A stretch of 64,000 nucleotides of DNA from Acidobacteriota bacterium (GCA_016933615.1 JAFGAO010000061.1:2082-66081), one strand, 5' to 3'; positions 47,822-56,803 are shown, counted from the stretch's first letter. Translations and numbers: made by a program. The notes: generated from the letters alone by a model not told the origin.

Positions 47822-49873
47822 ATGGTGCATTTGCCGATGCGGGATATCAAGAGGGTTCTACTAACCGGAGGAGGAACCGCGGGGCACGTCAATCCGGCAC
47901 TGGCGATCGGATCGATCTTCGCCGGAGCGGGAACCCGTTACCTGTTCGTCGGCGTCCGGGGCGGGGTCGAAGAGGATGTGGTCCCCCGCGAAGGGATCCC
48001 CATCCGGTTCGTCCGGGCATCCAGGTACCCGGGCGGTCATTCGCCCGAGATGATCAAATTTCTTGCCAACCTGCTCGCGGGATCGACCCGGTCCGTCTTT
48101 ATTCTGCTCCGCTTCCGCCCCGACATCATTGTCGGAACCGGAGGCTACGCGTCGGCCCCGATCATGATCGCCGCGGCTTTCCTGAAGAAATTCCGTCTGC
48201 TGCGTGCGCGGATTTACATGCACGAACAGAATGCCGTTCCGGGAAAGCTGAACAGGTTGATGGGACGTTTTGTGCATCAAGTATTCGTAACCTTTGACGA
48301 AACCCTGTCCCATTTTCCCGGAAAGGGCATGCCGGCAGGCTACCCGCTCCGGAAACAAATCAGCCGCAAGCCCCGCGATGAGGCGGCGCGCAAGCTTGAC
48401 TTCGACATCCCCCTAGGAAGAAAGATCATCCTGGTCTTCGGAGGATCACAGGGATCCCGGGTCATCAACCGGGCTCTGGTCGACGCCCTGGGCCACCTGC
48501 TTCCCTATCGCGATTCCCTGTTCCTCATCCATGGAGTCGGGCTTTACTGTAAAAAAGAGTACGACGCCCTGCGCGATACCGAAGAAAGGCTGCGGGGGTC
48601 CTACAGTGAAGCCCAGCTCAAAGACATAGAATCCTTTTACATTTACCGTCCGTATTTCTACGATATCGATAACCTCTATGCTGTGAGCGATCTGGTCGTG
48701 GCCCGGGCCGGCGCCGGCAGCCTGAACGAAATTTCCGCCATGGGACTCCCGGCATTGATCATCCCGAAATCCAATCTTCCCGGCAACCACCAGGTTCTGA
48801 ACGCCCGATCCATGGAAGCGGCGGGGGCGGTGGACATTCTCTACGAACAGATCACGGCAAAGAACCGTGCACTCTCGGAAACGGTCAGCGGGGAGAAGCT
48901 TGCGGAAAAGCTGCTTTCCCTGGTTCATGACCGGGAGCGCCTCGAAAAAATGGGGGCCCTGAGCCGGTCTTTTTTCAATAAGGACGCCCTCATCCGCATA
49001 GAGAAATATCTGCGGGGCGAACCGGAAGCCCGGACCGGCGGCGATCGCGTCTCAATGAAATCCGACGGGGATTTTGCGCTTGCCGACAACCATGCGCTAC
49101 TGATGCGGCTGGAACGGGAGGCGGAAAAGCGCCGCCACGAATACCGGCCGGAAAAAGTCATTGCCAGGCCTCAGGATCTGGAATATCTCAAATACCGGGC
49201 GGCCGCGCTCCTGCTTCATCCCTCCTGGCGGCACCGCAACCTGGGCGTCAAACTGCTCGGCCTGTTGGGTGCGAAAGAAAATATTCCCGAAATGCTGGCG
49301 CTCTATTCCGAACGGAAACCCGTCCCCTGGTACAAGAGACTGCTGGGGGGCGATTTCGAACAGGTTGGATTCATCCGGAGGAATATTCTCACTTCCCTTG
49401 TCCGCCTCGATGAAATCTCTCCCGGAATCGAGGAAGCGCTTGCAGCGGGCATCACGGATCCCTACTACGAAGTCAGAGCCCAGGCGGCGCACGCAGTGGC
49501 TCATTTCGGTTCCAGGCTCGCCTCCGCCCAAAACCTCGTCGACGGAATCAAGAAACTTCTAAAGGACACCAATATCGATGTAACGGTTGCGGCCGCCGAG
49601 GCTCTGGGAAAAATAGGCGGAGAGACAGACGCTCTCCCCGCGCTTCTCGGAATGTGGGACACCCGGCTGTGGAAGGTGCGCTCCGCCGTCCTGCGGGGCA
49701 TTCTGAACCTCGTGAAACGGGGCGTGATCGAAAACCCGGAAACGATTGAAGACGGCGTCGAGAAATTCATTCTGACATCCACCGATTTCAGGCCGCACTT
49801 CGAGATCAAGGCCGTTTACCGCCATCTCATGGAACTGATTGAAACGAAGAAAGAAAAGAGAATCGTACGATGA
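47822..49873 (+). CDS. murG: MurG (lipid II-forming GlcNAc transferase, GT28) fused to a roughly 300-aa C-terminal HEAT-repeat domain
   Basis: The N-terminal ~390 aa are colinear with E. coli MurG (GGGTAGHVNPALA, GTGGYASAP, HEQNAVPGKLNR, FGGSQGSRVIN, ARAGAGSLNEISAMGLPALIIP, HQVLNARSMEAAGA). The C-terminal part has HEAT-like repeats (DPYYEVRAQAAHAVAHFG, VTVAAAEALGKIGGETDALPALL, LWKVRSAVLRGI). The start is ATG 47822 or 47837. Confidence 0.8.
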   Translation: MVHLPMRDIKRVLLTGGGTAGHVNPALAIGSIFAGAGTRYLFVGVRGGVEEDVVPREGIPIRFVRASRYPGGHSPEMIKFLANLLAGSTRSVFILLRFRPDIIVGTGGYASAPIMIAAAFLKKFRLLRARIYMHEQNAVPGKLNRLMGRFVHQVFVTFDETLSHFPGKGMPAGYPLRKQISRKPRDEAARKLDFDIPLGRKIILVFGGSQGSRVINRALVDALGHLLPYRDSLFLIHGVGLYCKKEYDALRDTEERLRGSYSEAQLKDIESFYIYRPYFYDIDNLYAVSDLVVARAGAGSLNEISAMGLPALIIPKSNLPGNHQVLNARSMEAAGAVDILYEQITAKNRALSETVSGEKLAEKLLSLVHDRERLEKMGALSRSFFNKDALIRIEKYLRGEPEARTGGDRVSMKSDGDFALADNHALLMRLEREAEKRRHEYRPEKVIARPQDLEYLKYRAAALLLHPSWRHRNLGVKLLGLLGAKENIPEMLALYSERKPVPWYKRLLGGDFEQVGFIRRNILTSLVRLDEISPGIEEALAAGITDPYYEVRAQAAHAVAHFGSRLASAQNLVDGIKKLLKDTNIDVTVAAAEALGKIGGETDALPALLGMWDTRLWKVRSAVLRGILNLVKRGVIENPETIEDGVEKFILTSTDFRPHFEIKAVYRHLMELIETKKEKRIVR

Positions 49874-50976
49874 TCTATTTCCTCGGCAGGTTCCTTCACA
49901 CCCAATTTGAACCGTTTTCCTTTCTCCGGCTCGTGGAATACATTTCCGCGAGGTCGATCGGAGCGGCGCTGACGGCAATTCTGCTTACCCTTTTTTTGAC
50001 TCCGATATTCATCCGTTATCTCCACCGCCGCGGATTCGTGGACCAGTGGCGCAACACCGGAATCGCATCCTCCTACGACAAGGCGGGAACTCCCGCCATG
50101 GGAGGCGTCATCATAGTCGGCTGCATCCTCTTCTCCTGCCTGCTGTGGTGCAACCTGGTCAACGGATACCTTGTATCCGTCCTGTCCGGGATGGTGTTTT
50201 TCGGAATTATCGGAATGATCGACGATGTTGCCAAGGCCCGGAGGAAATCGGGCGACCACGGCCTTTCGGAAGCCAAAAAGCTCCTGTTGCAGGCGGCATT
50301 CGCCGCGGCCTTCATGCTTTACCTGGCCAGTGCGTTTTCGCCGCTTCCCCCAAACCAGGCCGGCACATTCTACATTCCCTTTCTGAAGGCTCCGCTGTTC
50401 GATTCCATATGGCTATACCTGCCGATTGTATTCTTTTTCGTGATCGCGGTCGGCAATTCGGTCAATATCACCGACGGCCTGGACGGCTTGGCCATAGTGC
50501 CGTCCGTTTTCGTCATAGGGGTCCTGGGAGTGTTCGGGTACGCCCTGGGCAGGATCGATTATGCCCGATACCTCAACTATTCGTATCTTCCCGGGGCCGG
50601 CGAACTGACGGTTTTCAGCGCCGCCTTCATCGGTGCGGGCATCGGATTTCTCTGGTTCAACGCCTACCCGGCTCAGGTGATCATGGGGGACACCGGATCC
50701 CTGGCGATCGGGGGCAGCATGGCCGTGCTCTCGGTCGTCCTGAAACAGGAGGCGCTGTTTTTGATCCTGGGTGGGGTGTTCGTGGCCGAAGCGGCCAGCT
50801 CCCAGATCCAGGACAAGATCGGGATACGCTGGCTGGGCAGGAGGATCTTCCTGAGGGCCCCCCTGCATCATGCCATGCAGCATAAAGGCCTGGCGGAGAC
50901 CAAGGTGGTCATCCGCGTCTGGATAGCGTCGGGAATCCTGGCCCTGATCGCCCTGGCGACGCTCAAACTCCGTTGA
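49870..50976 (+). CDS. mraY: Phospho-N-acetylmuramoyl-pentapeptide transferase
   Basis: 368 aa, colinear with E. coli MraY (KAGTPAMGG, GMIDDVAK, NSVNITDGLDGLA, FLWFNAYPAQVIMGDTGSLAIGG, ALATLKLR). There is an ATGA overlap with the murG stop. Confidence 0.92.
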   Translation: MIYFLGRFLHTQFEPFSFLRLVEYISARSIGAALTAILLTLFLTPIFIRYLHRRGFVDQWRNTGIASSYDKAGTPAMGGVIIVGCILFSCLLWCNLVNGYLVSVLSGMVFFGIIGMIDDVAKARRKSGDHGLSEAKKLLLQAAFAAAFMLYLASAFSPLPPNQAGTFYIPFLKAPLFDSIWLYLPIVFFFVIAVGNSVNITDGLDGLAIVPSVFVIGVLGVFGYALGRIDYARYLNYSYLPGAGELTVFSAAFIGAGIGFLWFNAYPAQVIMGDTGSLAIGGSMAVLSVVLKQEALFLILGGVFVAEAASSQIQDKIGIRWLGRRIFLRAPLHHAMQHKGLAETKVVIRVWIASGILALIALATLKLR

Positions 50977-51318
50977 TGCGCGAAGCGCCCAGCCATCTGC
51001 AGGGACGGTCGATAATTCGGCCGGGATACCGTAACAGCGGCCTCCGGATCCCGCCACATCCGGCGTGACAGGGGTCTCCCTCTTCGGAGGATTATTCAAT
51101 GCATCCGGAATAAATTGTTTTGATTAAATAGAAAACAGGCCGCAAAGCCGGCCGATAACGTAACAGGAGAAATTTAAACGGAAGGCGGGCTTTTTTAGGC
51201 CCGCGCCCCTATGGTATATACAGATCAACGATCATTTCGCAAGGCTTCAAACACCGGGCGGGAAAAGAAACGGAAGACGCCGCCTCGAAAGCGCGACTGA
51301 AGCAGGAGAGCGAACCCC

Positions 51319-52083
51319 ATGAAAAAGGTAGTTTTTCTGAGGCACGGACAGAGCGTCTGGAACGAGAAGAATCTGTTCACCGGATGGAAGGATGTAGGGC
51401 TCACCGAAAAAGGGACGCAGGAAGCCGTCGACGCCGGCCGCATCCTTCAATCCGAAGGATTCACTTTCGACGTCGCCTACACCTCCGTGCTCAAACGGGC
51501 CATTAAAACCTTGTGGATAGTATTGGAAGAAATGGACCTCATGTGGATCCCGGTTCACAGAAGCTGGCGCCTGAACGAGAGGCATTACGGGGCTTTACAG
51601 GGGCTGAACAAGGCGGAAACCGCAGAAAAATTCGGCGTCGATCAGGTTCGCCAATGGCGCCGCAGCTATGACATCCCCCCTCCCCCGCTCGACCCGAACG
51701 ACGAGCGTTCCCCTACCAGGGATCCCCGTTACGCCTCCCTTACCGATAAGGAGATCCCCAGATCCGAGTGCCTGAAGGATACCGTGGAGCGCGTCCTCCC
51801 CTACTGGCTGAGCACGATTGCGCCGGCCGTCCAATCGGGGCGGCGGGTCATTGTCTCGGCCCACGGGAACAGCCTCCGGGCGCTGATGAAATACCTCGAC
51901 AACATTTCCGAAGAGAAAATCGCCGGACTGAACATCCCGACGGGATCCCCGCTGGTTCTTGAATTCGACGACGACATGGCCCTGATCCGGCACTACTACA
52001 TCGGGGACCAGGAGGCCATTCAGAAGGCCGCCCAGGCGGTCGCCAACGAGGCGATCCTGAAGCCGCCGGCAGCGCAGCGCTGA
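51319..52083 (+). CDS. gpmA: 2,3-bisphosphoglycerate-dependent phosphoglycerate mutase
   Basis: Motifs are [34 protein letters not shown] and [10 protein letters not shown]. Confidence 0.93.
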   Translation: MKKVVFLRHGQSVWNEKNLFTGWKDVGLTEKGTQEAVDAGRILQSEGFTFDVAYTSVLKRAIKTLWIVLEEMDLMWIPVHRSWRLNERHYGALQGLNKAETAEKFGVDQVRQWRRSYDIPPPPLDPNDERSPTRDPRYASLTDKEIPRSECLKDTVERVLPYWLSTIAPAVQSGRRVIVSAHGNSLRALMKYLDNISEEKIAGLNIPTGSPLVLEFDDDMALIRHYYIGDQEAIQKAAQAVANEAILKPPAAQR

Positions 52084-52129
52084 AAGCCCCGCATTAACGC
52101 CGAAATGTGGGGCTTGATCCTGAGTTTGA

Positions 52130-52570
52130 CTATTTAGGGCGTCCGGGAGGCAGGGAGAAATATTTCCTATAACTGTCGGGCAGACGCGCGGGCCGGAATT
52201 CCGGGTCCGTGACCAGATGGGCCGTTACGCCTGTCGCAAGCAGACGGCCGGTCTCTTTCGCGCGGATCTCGTAACGGTAGCGGATCAACCGGTCGCTGGC
52301 TTTTGCGAGGGAAGTTCTGACAACGATCTCCTCCCCGAAGCGCGCCGGAGCCTTGTACCGGCAGCCGGCTTCGGCCACCACCATGAGGCGCTTCTCTTTG
52401 GCTTCCATCTCCGCATAGTGAAAACCCTTCGCCCTGCACCAGGCGACCCTTCCAACCTCAAACCACACCAGATAATTGGCGTAGTAAACGATTCCCATCT
52501 GGTCGGTTTCCGCGTAGCGGACGTTCAGGAAAGTCTCAACAAAATCCGTCTGTGCTGTTTCATCGCCCAT
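52130..52570 (-). CDS. Acyl-CoA thioesterase (4HBT/YbgC family hotdog fold)
   Basis: It carries VRYAETDQMGIVYYANYLVWFEVGR (catalytic Asp context). I chose the ATG at 52570 (MGDETAQ...); the track ORF begins 9 codons earlier. Confidence 0.8.
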   Translation of the reverse strand: MGDETAQTDFVETFLNVRYAETDQMGIVYYANYLVWFEVGRVAWCRAKGFHYAEMEAKEKRLMVVAEAGCRYKAPARFGEEIVVRTSLAKASDRLIRYRYEIRAKETGRLLATGVTAHLVTDPEFRPARLPDSYRKYFSLPPGRPK

Positions 52571-52646
52571 AGCCAGATTCGACCCTCGACAGTGCATAGG
52601 ATTATTCCGCCCAATGCTCCAGACACGGGATCATACCATATCGGCA

Positions 52647-52779
52647 GGGGTGAACCTTGTGTTCGCCCGGGAGAGGACTTGTAGGGGCGAACCTTGTGTT
52701 CGACCAGAAGAGGGGTTGTGGTGGCGAACCTTGTGTCCGCCCGGAAGAGAACTTGTAGGGGCGAACCTTGTGTTCGCCC
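52647..52779. repeat. Tandem array (3.6 units, period exactly 37 bp) of a palindromic REP-like element
   Basis: Unit starts are at 52647, 52684, 52721 and 52758. Each unit has the core GGGCGAAC-cttgt-GTTCGCCC (8-bp arms) plus a 15-nt purine-rich linker (gggagaggacttgta / agaagaggggttgtg / ggaagagaacttgta). It lies in the divergent intergenic region between the thioesterase and aminotransferase genes. Confidence 0.85.
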
Positions 52780-52972
52780 TTTTGAACTCCTATGCCATGC
52801 TGATAAAATGTGTCTGCCCGGGTGCCGTAAACGCCCGGTCGCCCGGGCTTGGGATTCGCCCAAAAATAACTTCACATTTTGCGCGAACCCTCAGCGTGAA
52901 ACGGAGATTGAAAAACATCCCGGTTTTTTTAATCTTCAATTTTTCAATCTTTCATTTTCAATTGCGGTTTCC

Positions 52973-54178
52973 ATGTTTTCCCGTATCGCGTCCCGGCTTC
53001 ATGGAGAAACGAACCCGCTCTACCGCCTGCGGGACTCGTTCTTGCGCCAGTCGGTGCCGGTTCACGATCTCATTTCAGGCAATATAAACGAACAGGGATT
53101 CCTGTTCCCCCAGGAACGCCTTGAAGAAATCCTGGTGCGGGCGTCCCGGGAATGCCTCATTTACCGGCCCGATTCCCTGGGCCGGAAATCCGCCCGGGAG
53201 GCGGTTGCGGAATTTTATTCCGGTCGCGGCGTGTCCCTGGATCCCTGCAATATCCTCCTGACGCCCGGGACCAGCCTTTCCTACCTCTACTGTTTCAAGC
53301 TGCTGGCCGACGAAGGGGACGAGATACTCTGCCCGCAGCCGTCATATCCCCTTTTCGATTATATCGCCCTGCTCAGCGGAGTGCGGCTGATCCCCTACAG
53401 GCTCGTCGAAGCCGAAGGCTGGGCAATAGACATTGACCGGCTGGAAGCCGCAATTTCCACCCGGAGCAGGGGGATCGTGCTCATTTCCCCCCACAATCCG
53501 ACCGGACGCGTGACATCCGCGGAGGAGATTGCCTGTTTGGCCGAAATTGCGGCCCGCCACGAGCTCGCGATCATCAGCGATGAAGTGTTCAGTGAATTCC
53601 TGATCGGGAGGAAGGCATTGCCCCGTCCCGCCGGCAGCTCGGCCCCTCTTGTATGCACATTGAACGGATTCTCCAAGATGTTCGCACTGCCCGGGATGAA
53701 ATTCGGATGGATGGCGCTCTCCGGGGAGCGGAGCCTGCTTGACCGGGCAATGCGCTCGCTCGAGCTCATTTCGGACACCTTCCTTCCCGTGAATGAAACC
53801 GTTCAGGCCGCGGCACCGGAAATATTCCGCCACGGAGAAAGCCTGCGGACGGATTTTTCCCGCCGGATCGTTCAATGCTGGAACATAGCGCAGGAAATCC
53901 TGGATTCGACGGGCGGCTGCCATTACGTGAAACCGCAGGGAGGGTTTTACGTCACTCTTTCCCTCGACGGCCTGGACGAAGAGGAAGCGGCGTCCAAAAT
54001 CCTCGACAGAAACCATATACTGATCCATCCGGGATACTTTTACGACATGGCGCCGGCCCATCTGGTTATGAGTTTTGCCCAGAAACCCGAACTGCTGCGG
54101 GTTGCCTTGCCGGCTTTGACCGCTACCCTGTCCGGGCTTCGGGCCGGCCACCCGGCCGACTGCAAAAAGAATCTCTGA
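52973..54178 (+). CDS. Class I/II PLP-dependent aminotransferase
   Basis: I chose the ATG at 52973 because the upstream part of the track ORF is translated repeat DNA. Motifs are SPHNPTGRV and the PLP-Lys context NGFSKMFALPGMKFGW. Confidence 0.85.
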   Translation: MFSRIASRLHGETNPLYRLRDSFLRQSVPVHDLISGNINEQGFLFPQERLEEILVRASRECLIYRPDSLGRKSAREAVAEFYSGRGVSLDPCNILLTPGTSLSYLYCFKLLADEGDEILCPQPSYPLFDYIALLSGVRLIPYRLVEAEGWAIDIDRLEAAISTRSRGIVLISPHNPTGRVTSAEEIACLAEIAARHELAIISDEVFSEFLIGRKALPRPAGSSAPLVCTLNGFSKMFALPGMKFGWMALSGERSLLDRAMRSLELISDTFLPVNETVQAAAPEIFRHGESLRTDFSRRIVQCWNIAQEILDSTGGCHYVKPQGGFYVTLSLDGLDEEEAASKILDRNHILIHPGYFYDMAPAHLVMSFAQKPELLRVALPALTATLSGLRAGHPADCKKNL

Positions 54179-54207
54179 AAAAAAGAGGAAAGAGAGAGGG
54201 TTGCCTT

Positions 54208-54972
54208 ATGAAATACGTACGCTATCAATATCGGGATATCGCTTCCTACGGCGTTCTCGAAGGCGGGACCATCCGGGATATCGGCGGCGGATTGTTTGGA
54301 AACCGCAAAGAAACCGGCAAGGTCCGAGACCTGCGCGACGTGAAGCTCCTGTGCCCGTGCGAGCCGTCCAAGGTGCTCGCCATCGGGCTGAATTACCGGA
54401 GCCACCTCGGCGACAGGGTCGCGCCCGACAAGCCCGCGGTTTTTGTGGTCCCCCCTTCCGCGCTTCTGGAACCGGAGGGAGAGATCCGCATTCCCCCCGA
54501 TGCCGAAGATACCCATTACGAGGGGGAGCTGGTTGCCGTCATCGGCACAACGACGCGGGATGCGACCCCGGCCGAGGCGGAAGAAAGCATCTTCGGATTC
54601 ACCTGCGGCAACGACATCAGCGAACGAAAGTGGCAGAAGAACGATCTCCAGTGGTGGCGGGCCAAAGGCTGCGACACCTTCGCCCCCCTGGGCCCCTGCA
54701 TCGAGACCGCTTACAACTGGCGCGGGCGGGGCATCAAAACCCGGCTGAACGGCACGGTGGTCCAGCAGGGGCGTTTCGCCGAACTGCTCTTCGATCCCCC
54801 CGCAATCGTCAGCCACATCAGCCGCTACATTACGCTGCAACCCGGCGATGTCGTCTACACGGGAACGCCGGGAAACACGGCCGCCCTCAGGCATGGGGAC
54901 ACCGTTACGGTGGAAATCGAGGGGATCGGAGTCCTGACCAATACGGTCCGGAATCCCGGGCGTCGTGTGTAA
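54208..54972 (+). CDS. Fumarylacetoacetate hydrolase (FAH) family protein
   Basis: I chose the ATG at 54208 (AGAGAGGG upstream). Motifs are AIGLNYRSH, HYEGELVAVIG, GFTCGNDISER and GDVVYTGTPGN. Confidence 0.85.
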   Translation: MKYVRYQYRDIASYGVLEGGTIRDIGGGLFGNRKETGKVRDLRDVKLLCPCEPSKVLAIGLNYRSHLGDRVAPDKPAVFVVPPSALLEPEGEIRIPPDAEDTHYEGELVAVIGTTTRDATPAEAEESIFGFTCGNDISERKWQKNDLQWWRAKGCDTFAPLGPCIETAYNWRGRGIKTRLNGTVVQQGRFAELLFDPPAIVSHISRYITLQPGDVVYTGTPGNTAALRHGDTVTVEIEGIGVLTNTVRNPGRRV

Positions 54973-55285
54973 TCGGTCACTCAAAAAGCATGGCTTCGGC
55001 TTGCCCCGCAAGCGCGCCGGCCATCGGAGTCGGAATCGGCATCGATCGCGAAGCAGAGAGCCTGTCGGTTCCAACGAATATGCAGATCCTCGATCCCGAC
55101 AGCGACACCGGCTCCCGGAGCGCTCCTGCCAACAACCTTCGCCGGAGCAGCCGGCCACCCTAGGTTACAGGGCCGGATGTTTTGGGGTTATGAAGAAAAA
55201 GGCATCTAGAAAATCAGTTTCTCATTTTTCTGCTTTTGAGTTCGAAGGAACCATAAACGTGTTCGACACTTTGCAGCAAATCGCT

Positions 55286-55464
55286 TCATCTTCCCTGCTG
55301 TCTAAAGGGAGCAAATAAGTACTCAAGCCCGTTGACCTTTATTTCGTACAGCAAAAGCAACATCTCCCCAAGCTCACCTTCAGGGAATCCCCTTTGCCGA
55401 AACCAGACGACGTATGGTTCAGGTAAATCGATGAGCGGCCTGTGGCGTATTTGCCGAAAGGCAT
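55286..55464 (-). pseudogene. Small DUF3820-like ORF (MPFGKY...RPLIDLPEPYVVWF...) with an apparent 1-nt frameshift after codon 7
   Basis: The ATG at 55464 gives MPFGKYAT, after which the frame degenerates. The -1 shifted frame reads HRPLIDLPEPYVVWFRQRGFPEGELGEMLLLLYEIKVNGLEYLFAPFRQQGR* with the stop at 55286-55288. The family assignment is from memory of the MPFGKYKG..L.DLP..Y..W motif. Confidence 0.3.
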
Positions 55465-55541
55465 CTTCGCATTAGCGAATTTCACCAAATATTTTTTTTC
55501 GGGGAGAATGTCCATTCCATCGCTCTATGGAAAAATCGCCG

Positions 55542-56651
55542 TTAGGGATTGCCAATTTCAGCAAGGGCATAGCTTGTGCTTCGCCCTCCCGCCGGGCTGC
55601 GCGCCAGGATTCCTTGCTCCACCAGAGATAGGATGTCACGCAGCGCTGTATCCTGAGAACACCTGGCAAGTTTTGCATACTTGGATGTCGTCAGCTTTCC
55701 TTCGAAGCCTTCGAGCAATCGGTTCAGAACCATAGTTTGTCGTTCGTTTAACGAAACGCCCTGCGTGCGTTCCCAGAAACGCGCCTTGGCAAGGACGGTC
55801 GCCAATATGCTTTGCGCGTTCTCGATAGCCCGGCCCATACAGGTGAGGAACCAGATCAGCCATTGGGTAGCATCCATTGTGCCTTTCTGGGTTTGCTCAA
55901 GAATACCGTAGTACGCGTTGCGCTCCCGCCTGATCTGCTCCGACATACTGTAGAAACGTTGCGGGCTTTTCTCCGAGCGCGCAAGAAGCATGTCGGTAAT
56001 GGCGCGTGCAATTCGACCATTGCCGTCATCGAACGGGTGGATGGTCACAAACCAGAGGTGCGCAATTGCGGACTTTAAGACCTCATCCGTCTCGGGCGAT
56101 CTGTTGAACCAATCAAAAAAAGCCGACATTTCCTGGGAGAGCCGCCCCGCAGCCGGTGCTTCATAATGAACGCACTCCTTTCCAACGGGCCCGGAAACGA
56201 CTTGCATGGGACCGGTGCTATCATCGCGCCAGGTCCCTACTCTGATTGTTTTCATGCCGCTGCGCCCGGTAGGAAACAGAGCAGCATGCCAGGCAAACAG
56301 CCGTTCTTCATTCAGCGGCCGGTCGTAATTTCGGGTGGCATCGAGCGTCATTTCGACGATTCCTTCCACATGGCGATCGGCCGGCTTGAGCGCTCCGATG
56401 TCCATTCCGAGATGGCGCGCGACAGAGGAATGTACCTGTACCTTGTTGAGATCCTCACCCTCGATTTCGCTGCTCTTAAGGACGTCTGCCGTAAGTGTCT
56501 GCAAGACAGCCTCCTGGCGAAGCTTAAAGCCGAGGGCTTCCATATGGCCCGTTAACCGTCCTTGCTTATGACGGACCTCCGCTAGAGAATCAGCAAGACG
56601 TTCCTTGTCCCATCTGAAATGAGGCCAGTCTTGAAGATCATGAATATACAA
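55542..56651 (-). CDS. Fic-family protein (AMPylase type; class II with an N-terminal inhibitory helix and a C-terminal wHTH-like region)
   Basis: The Fic motif is HPFDDGNGRIARA. The inhibitory motif is SSEIEG ((S/T)xxxE(G/N)). The N-terminus YIHDLQDWPHFRWD is DUF4172-like. I prefer the TTG at 56651 (8 nt after AGGAGG) over the track's GTG at 56660, which directly abuts the SD. Confidence 0.85.
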   Translation of the reverse strand: MYIHDLQDWPHFRWDKERLADSLAEVRHKQGRLTGHMEALGFKLRQEAVLQTLTADVLKSSEIEGEDLNKVQVHSSVARHLGMDIGALKPADRHVEGIVEMTLDATRNYDRPLNEERLFAWHAALFPTGRSGMKTIRVGTWRDDSTGPMQVVSGPVGKECVHYEAPAAGRLSQEMSAFFDWFNRSPETDEVLKSAIAHLWFVTIHPFDDGNGRIARAITDMLLARSEKSPQRFYSMSEQIRRERNAYYGILEQTQKGTMDATQWLIWFLTCMGRAIENAQSILATVLAKARFWERTQGVSLNERQTMVLNRLLEGFEGKLTTSKYAKLARCSQDTALRDILSLVEQGILARSPAGGRSTSYALAEIGNP

Positions 56652-56746
56652 TCTCCGCACCTCCTGCGGAGATTGTAAAATTATTCACCGCAAAAGACAA
56701 CATATATTCCGCATATTTTGCGTCGAATAGTAGGATAATCTCCGCA
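56649..56746 (-). promoter_or_regulatory. Hairpin/operator-like repeats at the Fic translation start and upstream region
   Basis: CAATCTCCGCA (56649-56659) and its reverse complement TGCGGAGATTG (56665-56675) flank the loop CCTCC. On the mRNA strand that loop is the SD GGAGG, and the TTG start lies in the stem. A third copy, AATCTCCGCA, is at 56737-56746 inside about 32% G+C DNA. Confidence 0.5.
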
Positions 56747-56803
56747 ACTATCATATATTAAAGTGTTGTCTTAAATAAGCATAAGTCGATAAAAATCAAG
56801 CTT

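Noticed and set aside
51186-51204. GCGGGC-ttttttag-GCCCGC hairpin after mraY
   Set aside because: The T-run lies in the loop rather than after the stem, and the stem is only 6 bp. It is not a convincing intrinsic terminator.
52084-52115. AAGCCCC-18 nt-GGGGCTT hairpin between convergent gpmA and the thioesterase gene as a bidirectional terminator
   Set aside because: The stem is only 7 bp with an 18-nt loop, and there is no T-run on either side. It is too weak to call.
52647-52779. Regularly spaced repeats that could be mistaken for a small CRISPR array
   Set aside because: The 15-nt 'spacers' are themselves related to each other, so the whole 37-bp unit repeats. The period is too short, there are only 3.6 units, and no cas genes or leader are present. 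It is a tandem REP-like array.
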